Assembly (NCBI RefSeq): GCF_009914755.1
Contig: NC_060926.1
Source: the human T2T-CHM13v2.0 reference genome, Homo sapiens
DNA length: 64,000 nucleotides
Direction: 5' to 3' (one strand)
Position numbers and translations under genes: made by a program. A model generated the notes under the pieces. That model was not told the DNA's origin. It ran no database searches and worked only from the letters and a program-made list of their open reading frames with translations. Of this stretch, positions 46,416 through 60,662 are shown piece after piece; the stretch's first letter is position 1, and every line of letters starts with the position of its first letter.

Positions 46416-49400
46416 TCAAGTTACTCTTTTATAAAACTTAAATGAGAATACCTAGTTCAAAATTAAATTTTAATTATTGAGTGCTATGAATCTTATTGTA
46501 TATGCTCCATATGTTAGTTTCTTTTTTCTCACCTTGGTCTCATCTTTTTGATAATTTCTAGTGTGTCCATTCTACTTTTTAATTTTTTTTATCTTCATGC
46601 TGTTGTCTCAAGGTATAATTGTCAGGTTATACACAGTATTCTCAGAGTAGATGCTTCAAATTTTGGTAAAAGCATGTTGTTTCATTTTCAAGAATTAAGT
46701 TTCATAGTGCTTTAGATTTCAACAGGTGATTTTCAATGTATTGTTTTTATATTAGGTTAAAAAAGTGAGAAATGCTTGGGCAAATCTAGGTTTAAAATGA
46801 TGTTTAATTCATGTTTAACTGTATATTACAAAGATGCAAAACAATATATCTCTTCCTTAATCTTAAGGAATGACTAATGCCTGTATGGTAGACATTTAAT
46901 CCTGGGAAGAAAAAAGAAGGGCTTTCATTGTTAATATAAAACTACAATATATAGATATGTTGAAAAGTATCATGTACACTTAAAGTCTACAGTTTATAGT
47001 TCTATGTCAGAAGAGGGACATCAGTTCTTAACAAATGTTAACTCTTAGGAAAGAGTCTAAAATGTGAATAATACATCTATGTCATATGATTAATATAACT
47101 TTTAAACTTTACGTTACTGTCTATATATCATAGCATATGTATAAATATAATTTGTTTATATAATAACTATGTGATTCACAGAATTTTCACAAGCATATTA
47201 TACCTGGACAGATCCCCCAGAAACCTTCCTTGGTCCCTTAGACCCCAGAAGCCTCTCTTTTACCATTATGCATCTCCACCCCTAAAAGTCCCCTTGAAGG
47301 CATGGAGGTCATCACTCTCCTGGCATCTAACAATGAAGATTAATATGTCTTCTTTGTACCTTACAAATAAAGAATTGTTTATCATTAGTCTTAGTACTTG
47401 GCTTTTTAAATCAAGGTTATATTTGTGAGGTCCCATCCATATTTTGGCAAATAGTCAATATTCTCAAGGTTCGAAATGCTTTTCAACAATCTTTTTATAC
47501 CTGATTTTTCTTATCATTCAAGTTTCTCATTTTAAAAAATGCCATTTCCTCAAAGGAAATTTTTTTATGTTCCTTCTCCTTTTATTTAACTACTTTGATG
47601 TATCAGGTATACATATCAGGTATACTTACTTTCTATAAACAATTTGTTGGGGGTAAAATTGACATAAAATACACTTCATAGGTTTTAAGGTATAAGTTTT
47701 AACATAAATATATACCAAAATGACTCCATCCTTTTTGAGAGGCGCTAGGGACAGAAAGGGAACATGAGGGGAATTTCCACGATATGGGTAATCTTCTATC
47801 TCTTCACCTGGGCTCTGATCACACAGTTCAGTTGAACAATTTTGTTGAGCTGTACACTGATGATTTGTGCAAATTATCTAACGTATGTTATATTCAATAA
47901 TTTAAAAATCCTCCATTCTGATGAGCATCAAATCCCCTCTGATTTTCTGTACTTGAAATTTAATGTCTCCATTGTGCAGTTCTTTTTCTCTACAAAAAAC
48001 ATTTTCTCAAATACATAAATAAAGACACAGATCTCTCAGGCATTATAACAGTCTATTGGCAATATATGTTCAACTAACTCAAGGTCCAGATTTTAATATT
48101 TGCATAACCATATTTGAGAGTATCAAGACATTTGAAAGATTTAAGCCTGACATAATCTGTAGATGCAATGTAAATAAAATTCATATAAAATTATCTAAAT
48201 CTTAAAGAGTTTTTCTTTAAAGGACATACTAATTAGATCTCTAAAAAGAACTAAAATACTGCTTATATTTTTCTCATAAAATTCCTTATGTCTTGCGAAA
48301 ATTAGCTTATGTTTCAGAATCCACTGAGTTCATAAACACTCCCTGAATGTTTTCACACTATGTAATTGTGTTGTGTGAGGAAAAAGTTTCTTTTTACCCT
48401 TAATTGTCTTCTAATGTATATTTCCCATATGGCAAGCTGCTGAGTGTAACAAAACAGTGATGCTAATGCTCTTTATGCTGTTTTATTTTATAGAAATTTC
48501 TTTGAAAGTAAAACAATAATCTAAAAAATTTTTAAAGTAATGGGGATGTCTACTACCATTTCTTCAGTAAGACTACCAAAATAACTCATTGATTAAATAA
48601 AGACAGGTTTATTGCTTACTGCAGTAAATTAGTGAACTACATTGACAGAGTCTTAGTGGTTTCTTGAAACAGGAAGATCAAGAATAAGATATTCACAAGA
48701 TCTTGAGGGTTTGATTTCAGGTGATCCATTCAGTAAGAAGGCCTGTGTGAAACTGGGTCAAATTTGCCACTGGAGGATTCACTGAAGTGGGGTTTTTGCA
48801 ATGAGATTTGGCAAGCCTGGTTGAGTAGTCTATGGTTGTGAGAAGTGGTAATTCTCCAGGAGAGATAGTTGAATATTCTATTCTTTGGATAACTGGGTTT
48901 TCATGAAGTTCCTGAAACAAAGTTATTTGTAACTTTATCTTCCTTGGTAAGCATTTTCTTGTAGAATAAGATGTTAGCACAGAATGTTGAACAGTAGAGT
49001 TATGTTAAAGCAGACATTAAGATTTCTGTTAGCAATAATTTTAAAGAACTTTACTATGAGAAATAACCTGATCAGTTATTATAAACACTTAAACTTATTA
49101 TTAGTGATACATGAGTCTTTTCTGGAAATGCCATGTTTGCAATACTGAGGACTATATAAAATAGTAAGTTAGACAGTAATGTGAAAAAAATTCAATAACA
49201 TAATAGTTAAAAGTATAAAAGCAGTACAAAGTGAATGTAATTTTAAAAACCACGAAATGGTTTCACAAAAAAGTTTCTTGTAATGATTTTTACAATTTTT
49301 TCCAACATTTCAAAAATTTTGTAATATTTATTAATGTTTAAATCTAGATCAAGTCTACAGAAAGTCATTTCCCAAACCTACTTCTGATTACATATTATTC

Positions 49401-49532
49401 ATGTTTATCACTTGTTGACACACAGTTTTTTCTCATTTATTTTCCCTAAAATAACAGCATTGCTATTTTACAAGTGATGGAAATATTAAAATTACCATAA
49501 ACTCAGTGGCATGTATGAAACCTTCTATGTCC

Positions 49533-49574
49533 ATCCAAGGTCATACCACCCTGAGGGTACCCAATCTCATCTGA
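49533..49574 (+). pseudogene. 5S rRNA 5'-fragment retropseudogene (tailless)
   Basis: ATCCAAGGTCATACCACCCTGAGGGTACCCAATCTCATCTGA aligns ungapped to 5S nt 1-42 as recalled (GTCTACGGCCATACCACCCTGAACGCGCCCGATCTCGTCTGA), 32/42 identical, with degenerate flanking direct repeats. Confidence 0.8.
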
Positions 49575-49841
49575 AAATCTTTTATTCCAGCATCAGAGTC
49601 AATGATGTTAAATTTGTTAAAATATCAGTATAAAGGTATTTTCAATACTCAATAATTCAATAATCAACATTTTAGGTAAAATTTAAGATGATCAGTCAGG
49701 GAATATGAGACAAGTACTTTCAAATACAAGTTGGTAGTTATAGTTTAAGTAGCGCAAAATATATTTTATTAGAATAAAATAAAAATTTAAAGGGGGTGGT
49801 ATTTTATTTGGGTATGAATGATTAGCTTTTTTTGAGTAGAA

Positions 49842-50616
49842 TATTTAGATCATAATCCCAAATGCCATAATCTCGAATATGGAAATCCAAAAAGGTCAAT
49901 ATCCCTAAAGTCTAAAATCTCTAAAATCTAAAATCCATAATGTCTAAAATCCTAAATCACAGTTCTGAAAGATTACAATCCTGAATGCTGAAATCCTGAA
50001 GGCCAAATTCTGGGGAAGACATTAGTGCACTGTCAGTTATACACAGGATAGTTGCATCATGTTAGGTGGATTTACTACCTTCTTAATGTCTTCATTTGGA
50101 AATGAAGTATGGCTTAAAGAGATGTGTATGGCTACAAAGTTGACAAGAGGTAGATTTGTGGACTTAATATTAGGTGTCAATGTGACTGGATTAAGAAATA
50201 CCTAGAAACTTGGTAAAGCATTATTTTGGGTGTGTCTCTGAGGATGTTTCCAGAGGAGATTAGTGTGTGAATATGAGTGGACTATGCGTTAAAGATCTGC
50301 CCTAAATGTTGGGGGATAGCATGGAATAGGCCAAGAACCCAGTGAGAACAAATACGGAAGGCAAACTGGTCTCTTTCTGAGAGCTGGGACCAAGTTCTGT
50401 TGCCTGGGACATCAGAACTCCATGCTCATCAGCCTTTGGAATCCAGAATTTACACCAATAATTTTTTTTTTTATTTTTTTCCTCAGAATTACAATTTGGG
50501 GATATTGATCTTTTGGGATTGTGATTTTCAGAATTTTAAATCTCAGGAATTTTGATCTTTTGGTATTTCAACATTTATTATATGATTATGTCTTTCAGAA
50601 TTATGGCCCAGTATCC
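49842..50616. mobile_element. Ricksha-like MuDR DNA transposon with captured ERVL/MLT2B sequence
   Basis: The left end has repeated AATCCC/AAATCC units (GATCATAATCCCAAA...) and the right end has the inverted GGGATT/GAATT units. The interior holds a PPT-like AAGTTGACAAGAGGTAGAT followed by MLT2B-like LTR sequence at about 50157-50458. Confidence 0.75.
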
Positions 50617-50654
50617 TTTAAAAAAATCTTATCTCTTGTGGCCAGATCTAGATT

Positions 50655-51535
50655 TCTGAAAAGTGAACCTAAATTGTAATCCTGCAGGTGGCTGAATTGC
50701 AACACAAATGAATTCCCAATTTCACAAGGCCTCTTTTAATCAAAATTAGCATATTGATTGGGAAGGAATGAAATCCTAAGAGTTGGATTGGGCATAAGGC
50801 TGATTCTAATGAAGGTGTGTCATTTAATCCCTAAAGTCTTTCTTTGCCATTGGAAGCGGCTCTTTAGCCCTGCTTGAGCAGTTTAGTCTCCTTTTCAATA
50901 AAGACCTTAGTGGCCTCGCCTGAGGTAGCTACCTTACAAAGGACCGCTGATCCACCTCAGGACCTACCTCTGTCACCTCCCCTTCTTTCTTGGACCTATA
51001 ACTAGAATCCAGACCTAGCGGATTTCAGGGGGTGAGATACAAAGTTCAATTCATGAGGAGGTGCTGTATATATATATATATATATATATATAATCAAAAT
51101 GACTGTATGATTTTGCCAATTTACACATAGAAACTTTGGAAATATGGGTGACAGTGGATCACTTAATCACCAAAGACAAAATGGACAGGGTTACTGTTAT
51201 GGACAATAGAGCTTAAAGAGGAGTCAGGATGGTCTATCTCACAGTCATCTTCAGGGCTGGCTAGTTAATCATGGCGTCTCTAGAGATGAAATAGTTGGAT
51301 AGCTTAATAAAGTTTTCCCTGATCTGTATAATTGAAAAAGCTGTAGGTTTCATGAACAGAAATTTGACTTGAATCACAGAGAGTAAAAGTACATCAATCA
51401 ATTTTCAGACTTGAATCAGTTCACTGACCCAGAGCTTTGCAAATGAAGGAGTGGCCAGGTTCTACTACACTGCAAAAATGTACACTATTAATCTTCCATC
51501 TAGCCTCCCCAAAGGGACCTACAACCATTTACTAT
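50655..51535 (+). mobile_element. ERVL internal fragment (ERVL-E/ERV3-16A3-like) containing (TA)n at 51067-51092
   Basis: GCATATTGATTGGGAAGGAATG, CCAAAGACAAAATGGAC, CAATTTTCAGACTTGAATCAGTTCACTGACCCAGA, CCCCAAAGGGACCTAC. Confidence 0.6.
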
Positions 51536-53311
51536 TAAGATGCCAGCTATTAAAATATGCTATTGGTGACTATATTATTTCTTAAAGCTGATCTTAAGTT
51601 GCTTCACAAATTATGTATATTACTAATTTTACCAACCTAATTTGATATGCATAAAGATGATATCATTAAAATTATTTATATTTCTTCATTATATATACTG
51701 TACTATTGAGAATGGCAGTAGAAAAGTATCCGACTTATTAAGTAACTGAGAATTTACTTTTATATATGTTCACTATGCAATAATTATGAGGTAGAAGATT
51801 GATAATATTTTATGATTTGGTACGTAATTTGTGGTATAAACACAGAAGCAGAAAATGAATTGGATTTGTTTTATGGAATAATTATACAAAAATACAACAT
51901 ATTTATACATATGCAATATATATGTTTGTATATAATGCATACTATGAAGTGTAACTTACAAACAAAATGTGCATTTCCTAAAATTTTCTAATCTCATCAA
52001 TTGTGTCTTTCTTTTCTCTGGTGTTTGCATAAGAATGTACTGGGAGTGAGAGAGATGGAGACTTGTAAGTAAGAATCAGTGTCTCTTGTTTTTAGTTCTC
52101 CTTTTTCTGTTTGTTTTATTTTTTAAGTTAATTCTTACCTGCTATTCGAAAGCAGGTCAGATACCTGAATTATTGCTTTGTTACATGATTATCTGTAAAG
52201 TCCTAGTTTTTCTTCATAATATTCACATTAAATCTAATGGTAAGGAATGAGGTGGGTTTTCTCAATAGGTAAAAAAATCTCCAATAGTGAATTTACCTAA
52301 GACATAGCGAATTATTTTATTATTGCAATAATCATTTTTGTCAATTGTGAATAAATAATGTCTTTCCATTTTCCTATCATTTTCACTGCCCTGACAGAAA
52401 TAGGCTAAAATCAAAAATAGAGAAAATTACATATAGAAGTATTAAGTAAATATTAGTATACACACTTCATTATATTTTGATAAACTATTTTAAAACAGCA
52501 TTAAATCATTGAAGTATTGGCTTTTCAAAAATAAGAAGATAAAATATTGGAGTAGGGGACTGCAATGGTGCATACATAATCCAACTTACATATTCAAAAT
52601 GACAATGAGCTGACTAGTTATTTTTTTGTAGAAAAAAAATGACAATGAGCCAAACAGAACTGCTGTGAACAGATTGACCTGCTGAAATTTCACTTTTCCA
52701 TTATTTGAAGCCTTAGTATTTTAGTATTTTTTAGATATATATAATGTCTCTCATTGTCTATACTTGGGAAAGAAATCCATTTTCTAACTATTAATTGAAT
52801 AAATACTATATAAAAATAGTTAAGTAGTCACATACATCTTCCAAAGAAACACTATATTTTCCCTAAAATCTACAAAGGAAACTAAATTGTATTAGATGTT
52901 CACACTCAGTTGCAAAGTATTTATTTTTATAGATATAAAGGTAGTTATACTTTTCTCAATATTGACCTCTGAAATATTTTGTCTGTAGCTGGTAATCTCA
53001 GTTGGTTATCAAGTATTGTACTAATTGTATTAACACAACAGATACATTTTCACTTTCTGAGCATGGTGAAAATACCATTAATATTAACCAACTAACCATC
53101 AAAAACAACTAATAATGTGTCAAAAACTAACAACCTTGAGGTGGGTATTGGAGATATTGGTATGACCACAATGTGAGCACAAACTAAAGATATATCTATG
53201 TAATATAAAAAGTGATGAAAATATGCAGCCCTTCTAGAACATCTTGAAATATCTAGAAAACTTCTCTCTGTACCTTGCCAATGGCACTGGATTAAAGGAA
53301 GGCATCAGTGG

Positions 53312-53662
53312 TGTATTAGTCCATTTTCACGCTGCTGATAAAGACATACCCAAGGCTGGGCAATTTACAGAAGAAAGAGTTTTATTGTACTTACGGCTCC
53401 ACATGGCTGAAGAGACTTCACAATCATGGCAGATGGCAAGGAGCAGCAAGTCACATCTTACATGGATGGCAGCTGGCAAAGAGAGAGCTTGTGCAGGAAA
53501 ACTCCCCCTTATAATAACCATCACATCTTGTGAGACTTACTGTCTTGAGAACAGCACAGGAAAGAACTTCCCCTATGATTCAATTACCTCCCACAGGGTC
53601 CCTCCTACAACATGTGAGAATTCAAGATGAGATGTGGGTGGGGACACAGCCAAACCACATCA
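53312..53662 (-). mobile_element. THE1B-like MaLR solo LTR
   Basis: TGTATTAGTCCATTTTCACGCTGCTGATAAAGACATACCC ... GGGACACAGCCAAACCACATCA. Confidence 0.9.
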
Positions 53663-55239
53663 AAGGGCTGAACCTTCTCTTCTACAGAAAGAGCAGGTTC
53701 ATTGATAAGTGATAAGGATGAACCTAAAAAAGTACTCACAGTTTGGAGTAACAAGGTCCGACACTGTCACCAATTTCTTTGTGGTGAATTCACAGCATAA
53801 TAAAGCAGTAAATTATTAATAGCCACTTGTGGGTAACAAGCATAAAAACTTTTCAGAGGTTGAAAATTGTTTTTGAGGAACAGGACACTGGCCTAGCAAA
53901 GAAGGTAGAAATTTATGGAACTTGTAACTATCCTGAATGTTGCAAGAAAAAAATAAGATTAGTTTACTTTAAAGTGGCTCAGAAAAAGCTCATTTCTCCT
54001 CTGTAGGTATTGCACATTCAATTGGCACTGTACCCCTCAGGTTATTCAGTGGCTGAGCTGGTAATGTTAATAACATTACCTACCTCCCATTTATTATCTG
54101 ATGAGTCCAATAGAGATGTAATTGATAATTAGGGTCACTTGAAACCACAATAGTCAAAACTTAATTTATTTTGTTAAGTAAAGGTTTTTTAATTTTAAAT
54201 AATTTTGTGTGTGAGACATTACAAGTCTTTATAAAATGCCCTGTAGCTTTGCCTAGTCCAGCCTCTCTTTCAGTAGACAGTTCTGAATGGATATGATGCA
54301 CTCACCTCTTTCAGCTCTTCGTGTGGTCTGAGTTATAAAATTCCTGTGAACATATGTCTGAAAATTAATACGGATGCAGATGCACACACCCATCCTTTTA
54401 CATAATATGCACTAACATTCAGGCACTTGTACTCATCCTAAAATATTTTTATGCCTGTTACTTTACAATCTAGGACTACAACAATGAGTACCTCTGCCTT
54501 TTGCATTTGCATCACTAAAAAGCCACTGTGATGGTTGTCTTGGTTGAAAGGCACAGCTCGGATAAATTCTGGTAGTCAGCTCAAATCCTGCAAATTGCTA
54601 AATGACATAAAGTTTTGAAATTATTGTTTTTTTGGACCTCAAATATAAATTGGTGATTTTCAAACCTGACTATTTTAGGGAGCTAGTGACCATCTGTGTG
54701 TGTGTATTTGTATGAGTGTGTTTGCAACTATTTCATGAGCATATATAATTTCCACCCCTCATTTTCTAGGCATGTACACACCAAAATATGTCCACTGTTT
54801 GAATAACATTCACAATATGAGGTGAAATCGGAACATCTCCCCACAAATATCACTTTTGTTGTCTTATGCCAGGAGTATATTTAGGAAGAGAATGTGGATT
54901 TTTGCCACTCAGAGCAAGATGTGTGTAGTTGGATTGAACAATATTGATCTCAAATGTGATTATAGCGTTCTTGTATAATGCAATTTCTCTTGATTCAAAA
55001 TGCTAATTCTAAAAACATCTGTCTTCCTCTTAAAAGTTATCACAATATTATACTATTAAAGTAAATAATACAAAGTCTAATTAACTTTTCATTATGGTCT
55101 ACAAAATATGTTTTCCAACTTTGAAACCTCTTATTAAATAAAGTTATACCTTCAAACCTTAAATACCTCAATGATTCATTGTAGAAAGAAAACTGAAACA
55201 GAGAGAACTAGAATAGCTGGAACAGAACAAATATTTTAA

Positions 55240-55797
55240 AATGTAATTTAACCAAGACTACTTTAGCTTTCACCTCAGCTTACTTTAGACAGCGCAGACT
55301 GCCTCTAGGCTCCTGAACCAGAACATTTACTTAGAGCATTTACTTTAGAAACCTTGTAATTGCACATTCTTTCTTTGCCTCTTTGAGATGTAAATGCTTT
55401 AGAAAGACTTTGTAACAGTTTTACAACCCAGGAATATATTTCTCTAAGACCTGGGAGTCATCCCTTTGGAATGTAATCATCATCGAGGATGGTACCCCTA
55501 TCTCCCAGTTTCTCAGGGAAGGTAAAAGGCTAACTCCTGCCTGACACTTGCTGCAAGTTATAACATTACCTCCTGTCATGAAGATATGAGAAAGTTTACT
55601 TTTTCTTTGGGAAAAGCCAATTAGCAAACACAGATGACCTTCAATCACCAGATGCTAGCTCTTCAGAACTCTCCAATCCTTTTGTTTTAGTTGAATTGTG
55701 TTCCGATTGAGTTCTGACCTCTCTCCCCTATTGCAACTACCTTGAACAAAGTCTTCCTTATCTGTTTGCTTTTGACTGCTACAATGTTTGCTTTGAT
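55240..55797 (+). mobile_element. ERV1 solo LTR (MER31-like)
   Basis: TTTTACAACCCAGGAAT...GACCTGGGAGTCATCCCTTTGGAATGTAATCATC...TACCTCCTGTCATGAAGATATGAGAA. Confidence 0.55.
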
Positions 55798-56089
55798 AAA
55801 TTCAAGAACATTTTCCTGAAATCTCATAAATTATCTATGGAATATAAGAGTAAGTACTCCAGGGAAAGTTGACCCAGGTGGTCAATAAAATGACATATAT
55901 TAATATAATTTTGCATTCTAAGGACAGAGAAATAATACTTTGATCAGAACACCTAAGATTGAGTGACTTCATCAGAGAAACAAAAACATGTTTTCATTGG
56001 ACTTATTTACTCCACTGTTGAATATTTCAATATTGGCCCAATTCTTCACCTTTTCTGGTATCCATAAACCATGTCATGCGGCTTTGTAG

Positions 56090-56382
56090 TGTCAGTTGAA
56101 GAAAATGATGAGACAAGTCTCAATCATTTCAGAAAATTTATTTGCCAAAGTTAAGGCAAATTAACTTTTGCCCAGGAGGCAGATCTATGCCTTTCTTCAA
56201 ATATGATTTTGAAAGCTCCAAATTTAAAGTGGAAAGAGAAGGGATATTGAGAAGCACACAGTTTTCACATAAACAAAAGGGGGCAGAGGAAAAATGTGGG
56301 GAATCTGCGTTTTATATTAGATAACAGAGACAAGATGGGGTAGGGGAACAATGAGATATGCATTTGTGTCTGGCGGGCCATG
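56090..56382 (-). mobile_element. ERV1 LTR fragment (MER41C/D-like)
   Basis: GAGACAAGTCTCAATCATTT...TTTATTTGCCAAAGTTAAGG...TCTATGCCTTTCT. Confidence 0.6.
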
Positions 56383-56417
56383 TCTGATGTTATCTTCTAG
56401 ATAAACCACTTAATCAT

Positions 56418-56803
56418 TGTATTAGTCAGTTTGAATGCCATAACAGAATATTATAGACTGAGTAGCTTAAACTGCAAAACTTTATTTTCTTAGAGTTCTA
56501 GAGTCTGGAAGTCCAAGGTTAAGGTGCCAGCAGGGTTGGTTTTTGTGAGATCTCTCTCCTTGTAGATGGCCAGCTCCTTGCTGTATCCTCACATGGCCTT
56601 TCCTCTGTGTGTGCACTGAAAGATCTCTTGTGTCTCTTTCTCTTCTTATAAAGACACTGGTCCTATCAAATTAGGGCCCCACCTATATGATCTCATTTAA
56701 CCTTAGTTACCATGTTAAAGGACCTATCTCCAAGTAAAATCACATTGAGGGTTAGGACTTTAACATATAAATTTTGGGAAACATAATTTAGTCCATATTA
56801 ACA
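56418..56803 (-). mobile_element. MLT1A-like MaLR solo LTR
   Basis: TGTATTAGTC...GCCATAACAGAATA...TGGAAGTCCAAG...ATTTAGTCCATATTAACA. Confidence 0.85.
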
Positions 56804-57091
56804 TATATACTCTGTAAACCTTATCTGCAAATTGAAGATGGTTTAGCCTTTTTCAAAATGTCTTGAAGATCAAATGAAAGTAGGTGTTTAATAGGGTGTT
56901 ATTATTTATGAAAGATATTTCATGTAAGCGCACTGAGATAAGGGTAGAAGAGAATTATTTTACTGGTGAGATGAGAAATCTTCACATGAAGGAAATGAGG
57001 ACGGAATTTGTAGTAACTGAGCAAGAAAGATGTGAATATATAACTCAGATTATAGACCAAGACCATGCTTCTGCCCTTCCTGCATTCAGAA

Positions 57092-57118
57092 TCTCTCTCT
57101 CTCTCTCTCTCTCTCTCT
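57092..57118 (+). repeat. (TC)n microsatellite
   Basis: Directly visible. Confidence 0.95.
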
Positions 57119-58687
57119 TTATATCTCTCTCAGGAATTAGTACAATATTCAACGTAATAAATATCAAAATGTGTTTGTTACTGAGAGATGGTTAAATGTG
57201 GCTTAGGAGTGTTAACCAAGAGGGCTTAATAATATGAGCCCCACACATTGGAAAGACTTATATACCCAGTTACAGTCAAGTTCAGACAAAGAAAACTCTC
57301 CCAACTTCCCCAAGAAAGATTTAAAGTAGCCTAGAAAATGTCCCTGCTGGAAATAGATACCTTTCCCCCAAATAATGGGAGAAAGTCAGTTCAGGCTAAG
57401 TTCTCTGACTATTTATCAATCAGAACAGTTGCTTTTTATCTCCTAAAAGTGATTCCATGAATAGAGCCCTCTTCACATGGAAGGAAAATGCAGAAGTGGA
57501 GAATAAGTACATCGTCTATTAAAAGATAAAAATTTTCCTGTCACTTCACATCTGTAAGAGTCAATTCGGCATTACAAAAGGAAATAAAACATACTGATAC
57601 ATATTAGATAGCAGAGTGAAACAGTAAATGAGACTGAAGAAAAAGAATTGGTAGGTCACATGTGTCATAAGCCAAAATCAACACAAAGCACAAGGTCATT
57701 ATGTCAATCCAGTCATAGATAGAAGAAGAAGATAGGAAGATAGAAATTAAACTAAAGAAAGAGGTAAATTGTACAGATGGAGGATATGTGAACTCTTGGT
57801 ATGATGGTGAGTTCCTTAATAAAAATGTAAATATAACACAATAAAATAAAATAAAACATAAAATAGCTATGGAAATAGTGATATCATTGTAATCCTAGTT
57901 GGTCATTGATTTTAGAATGCAAGAGGAGTTAGAAAATTATTAGAAACCAAATGTAGAATCTGGGAAAGGCATATAGTGGATTAGGGATCCAGACATTAGA
58001 CACAAATGTCACAAATCCAGCCTCTGTGAGTTTAAAATGAACAAGTCAGATGAGATTAGCCGAAAATCTGCGTGAATTCAGTCAGAAAAGTATGAAGAAA
58101 GTCTCCTTTTAATTCTATTTCAGGAGATAGAGTTTGAGCCAGATATTTGTGGAGCTGGGGTTTTGTGTAAGGGTTAAATTGCTATACTTTTAAAGATAGG
58201 TTGAATAGAAGAAAACAGGCAGCTCTGATACTCAGTAACACTACATATATATTTGAAAATCAAAGAGCTTCAGGATTGGAAGTGTCTTTAAAGGGCATAT
58301 TCAATTCCTGCATTATGCAGGATTGACTCCAGGTTAAAAGAAGATCATTGTGAATTGAAGTCCAGAAGGAAGGCAAGAAATGACTTTTTAAAAATGAAAA
58401 CCTTTAGCCACATTAAAATAGCTTTTGAGTTATTTTTATATTTTGCCTTAGCCAAAGAGTTTCTGAAGTCAATAAATGTGAAAGACTCAGGTTACCATCT
58501 AACTTTTTTTTAACCAGTTGAATATGCTATGATACATTTTCTTTGGATAAAAAGTTAATTTCTTAGATGTACTCCATTTTTCATGAAGTATAATCTTACC
58601 ATTTACCTAAGTAGTACAACATTCTCATCAATCCGTGCCATTTAAAAAACGAGTTATCTCAACTGCTCTCTGATAAAGGGACTTTAA

Positions 58688-58933
<246 letters not shown>

Positions 58934-59206
58934 TGAACAATCTTTAAATATAACATAATAAAATAAAATAAAACATTCAGATGAGTCTTGTGCATCTGAA
59001 AAATGTGTATATACAATTTAAAATAAGGTTTATTATAAAAACTTATATTCAAAGTTATTTTTCTTGAACTTTTGGTTTATTTAATAATTATCTTTTTTAT
59101 CTGCTATTTTAGAGAGAAGATTGATGAAGTACAATTCTTGGTTTTTGTAGAATATGCATTTTTACTCTAGAACAGTTTTTTTAAGTTAGAATTTTTAAGA
59201 ATTATC

Positions 59207-59361
59207 AACATCACACACCGGGGACTGTTGTGGGGTGGGGGGAGGGGGGAGGGATAGCATTAGGAGATATACCTAATGCAAAATGACGAGTTAATGGGTG
59301 CAGCACACCAACATGGCACATGTATACATATGTAACAAACCTGCACGTTGTACACATGTAC
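59207..59361 (+). mobile_element. Young L1PA (L1PA3/4-like) 3'UTR fragment without poly-A
   Basis: AACATCACACACCGGGGACTGTTGTGGGGTGGGGGGAGGGGGGAGGGATAGCATTAGGAGATATACCTAATG...GTAACAAACCTGCACGTTG, nearly consensus. Confidence 0.92.
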
Positions 59362-59362
59362 A

Positions 59363-60662
<1,300 letters not shown>

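Noticed and set aside
58651-58665. GAGTTATCTCAACTG resembles part of Y1 RNA
   Set aside because: Only about 15 nt, with no flanking similarity or TSD.
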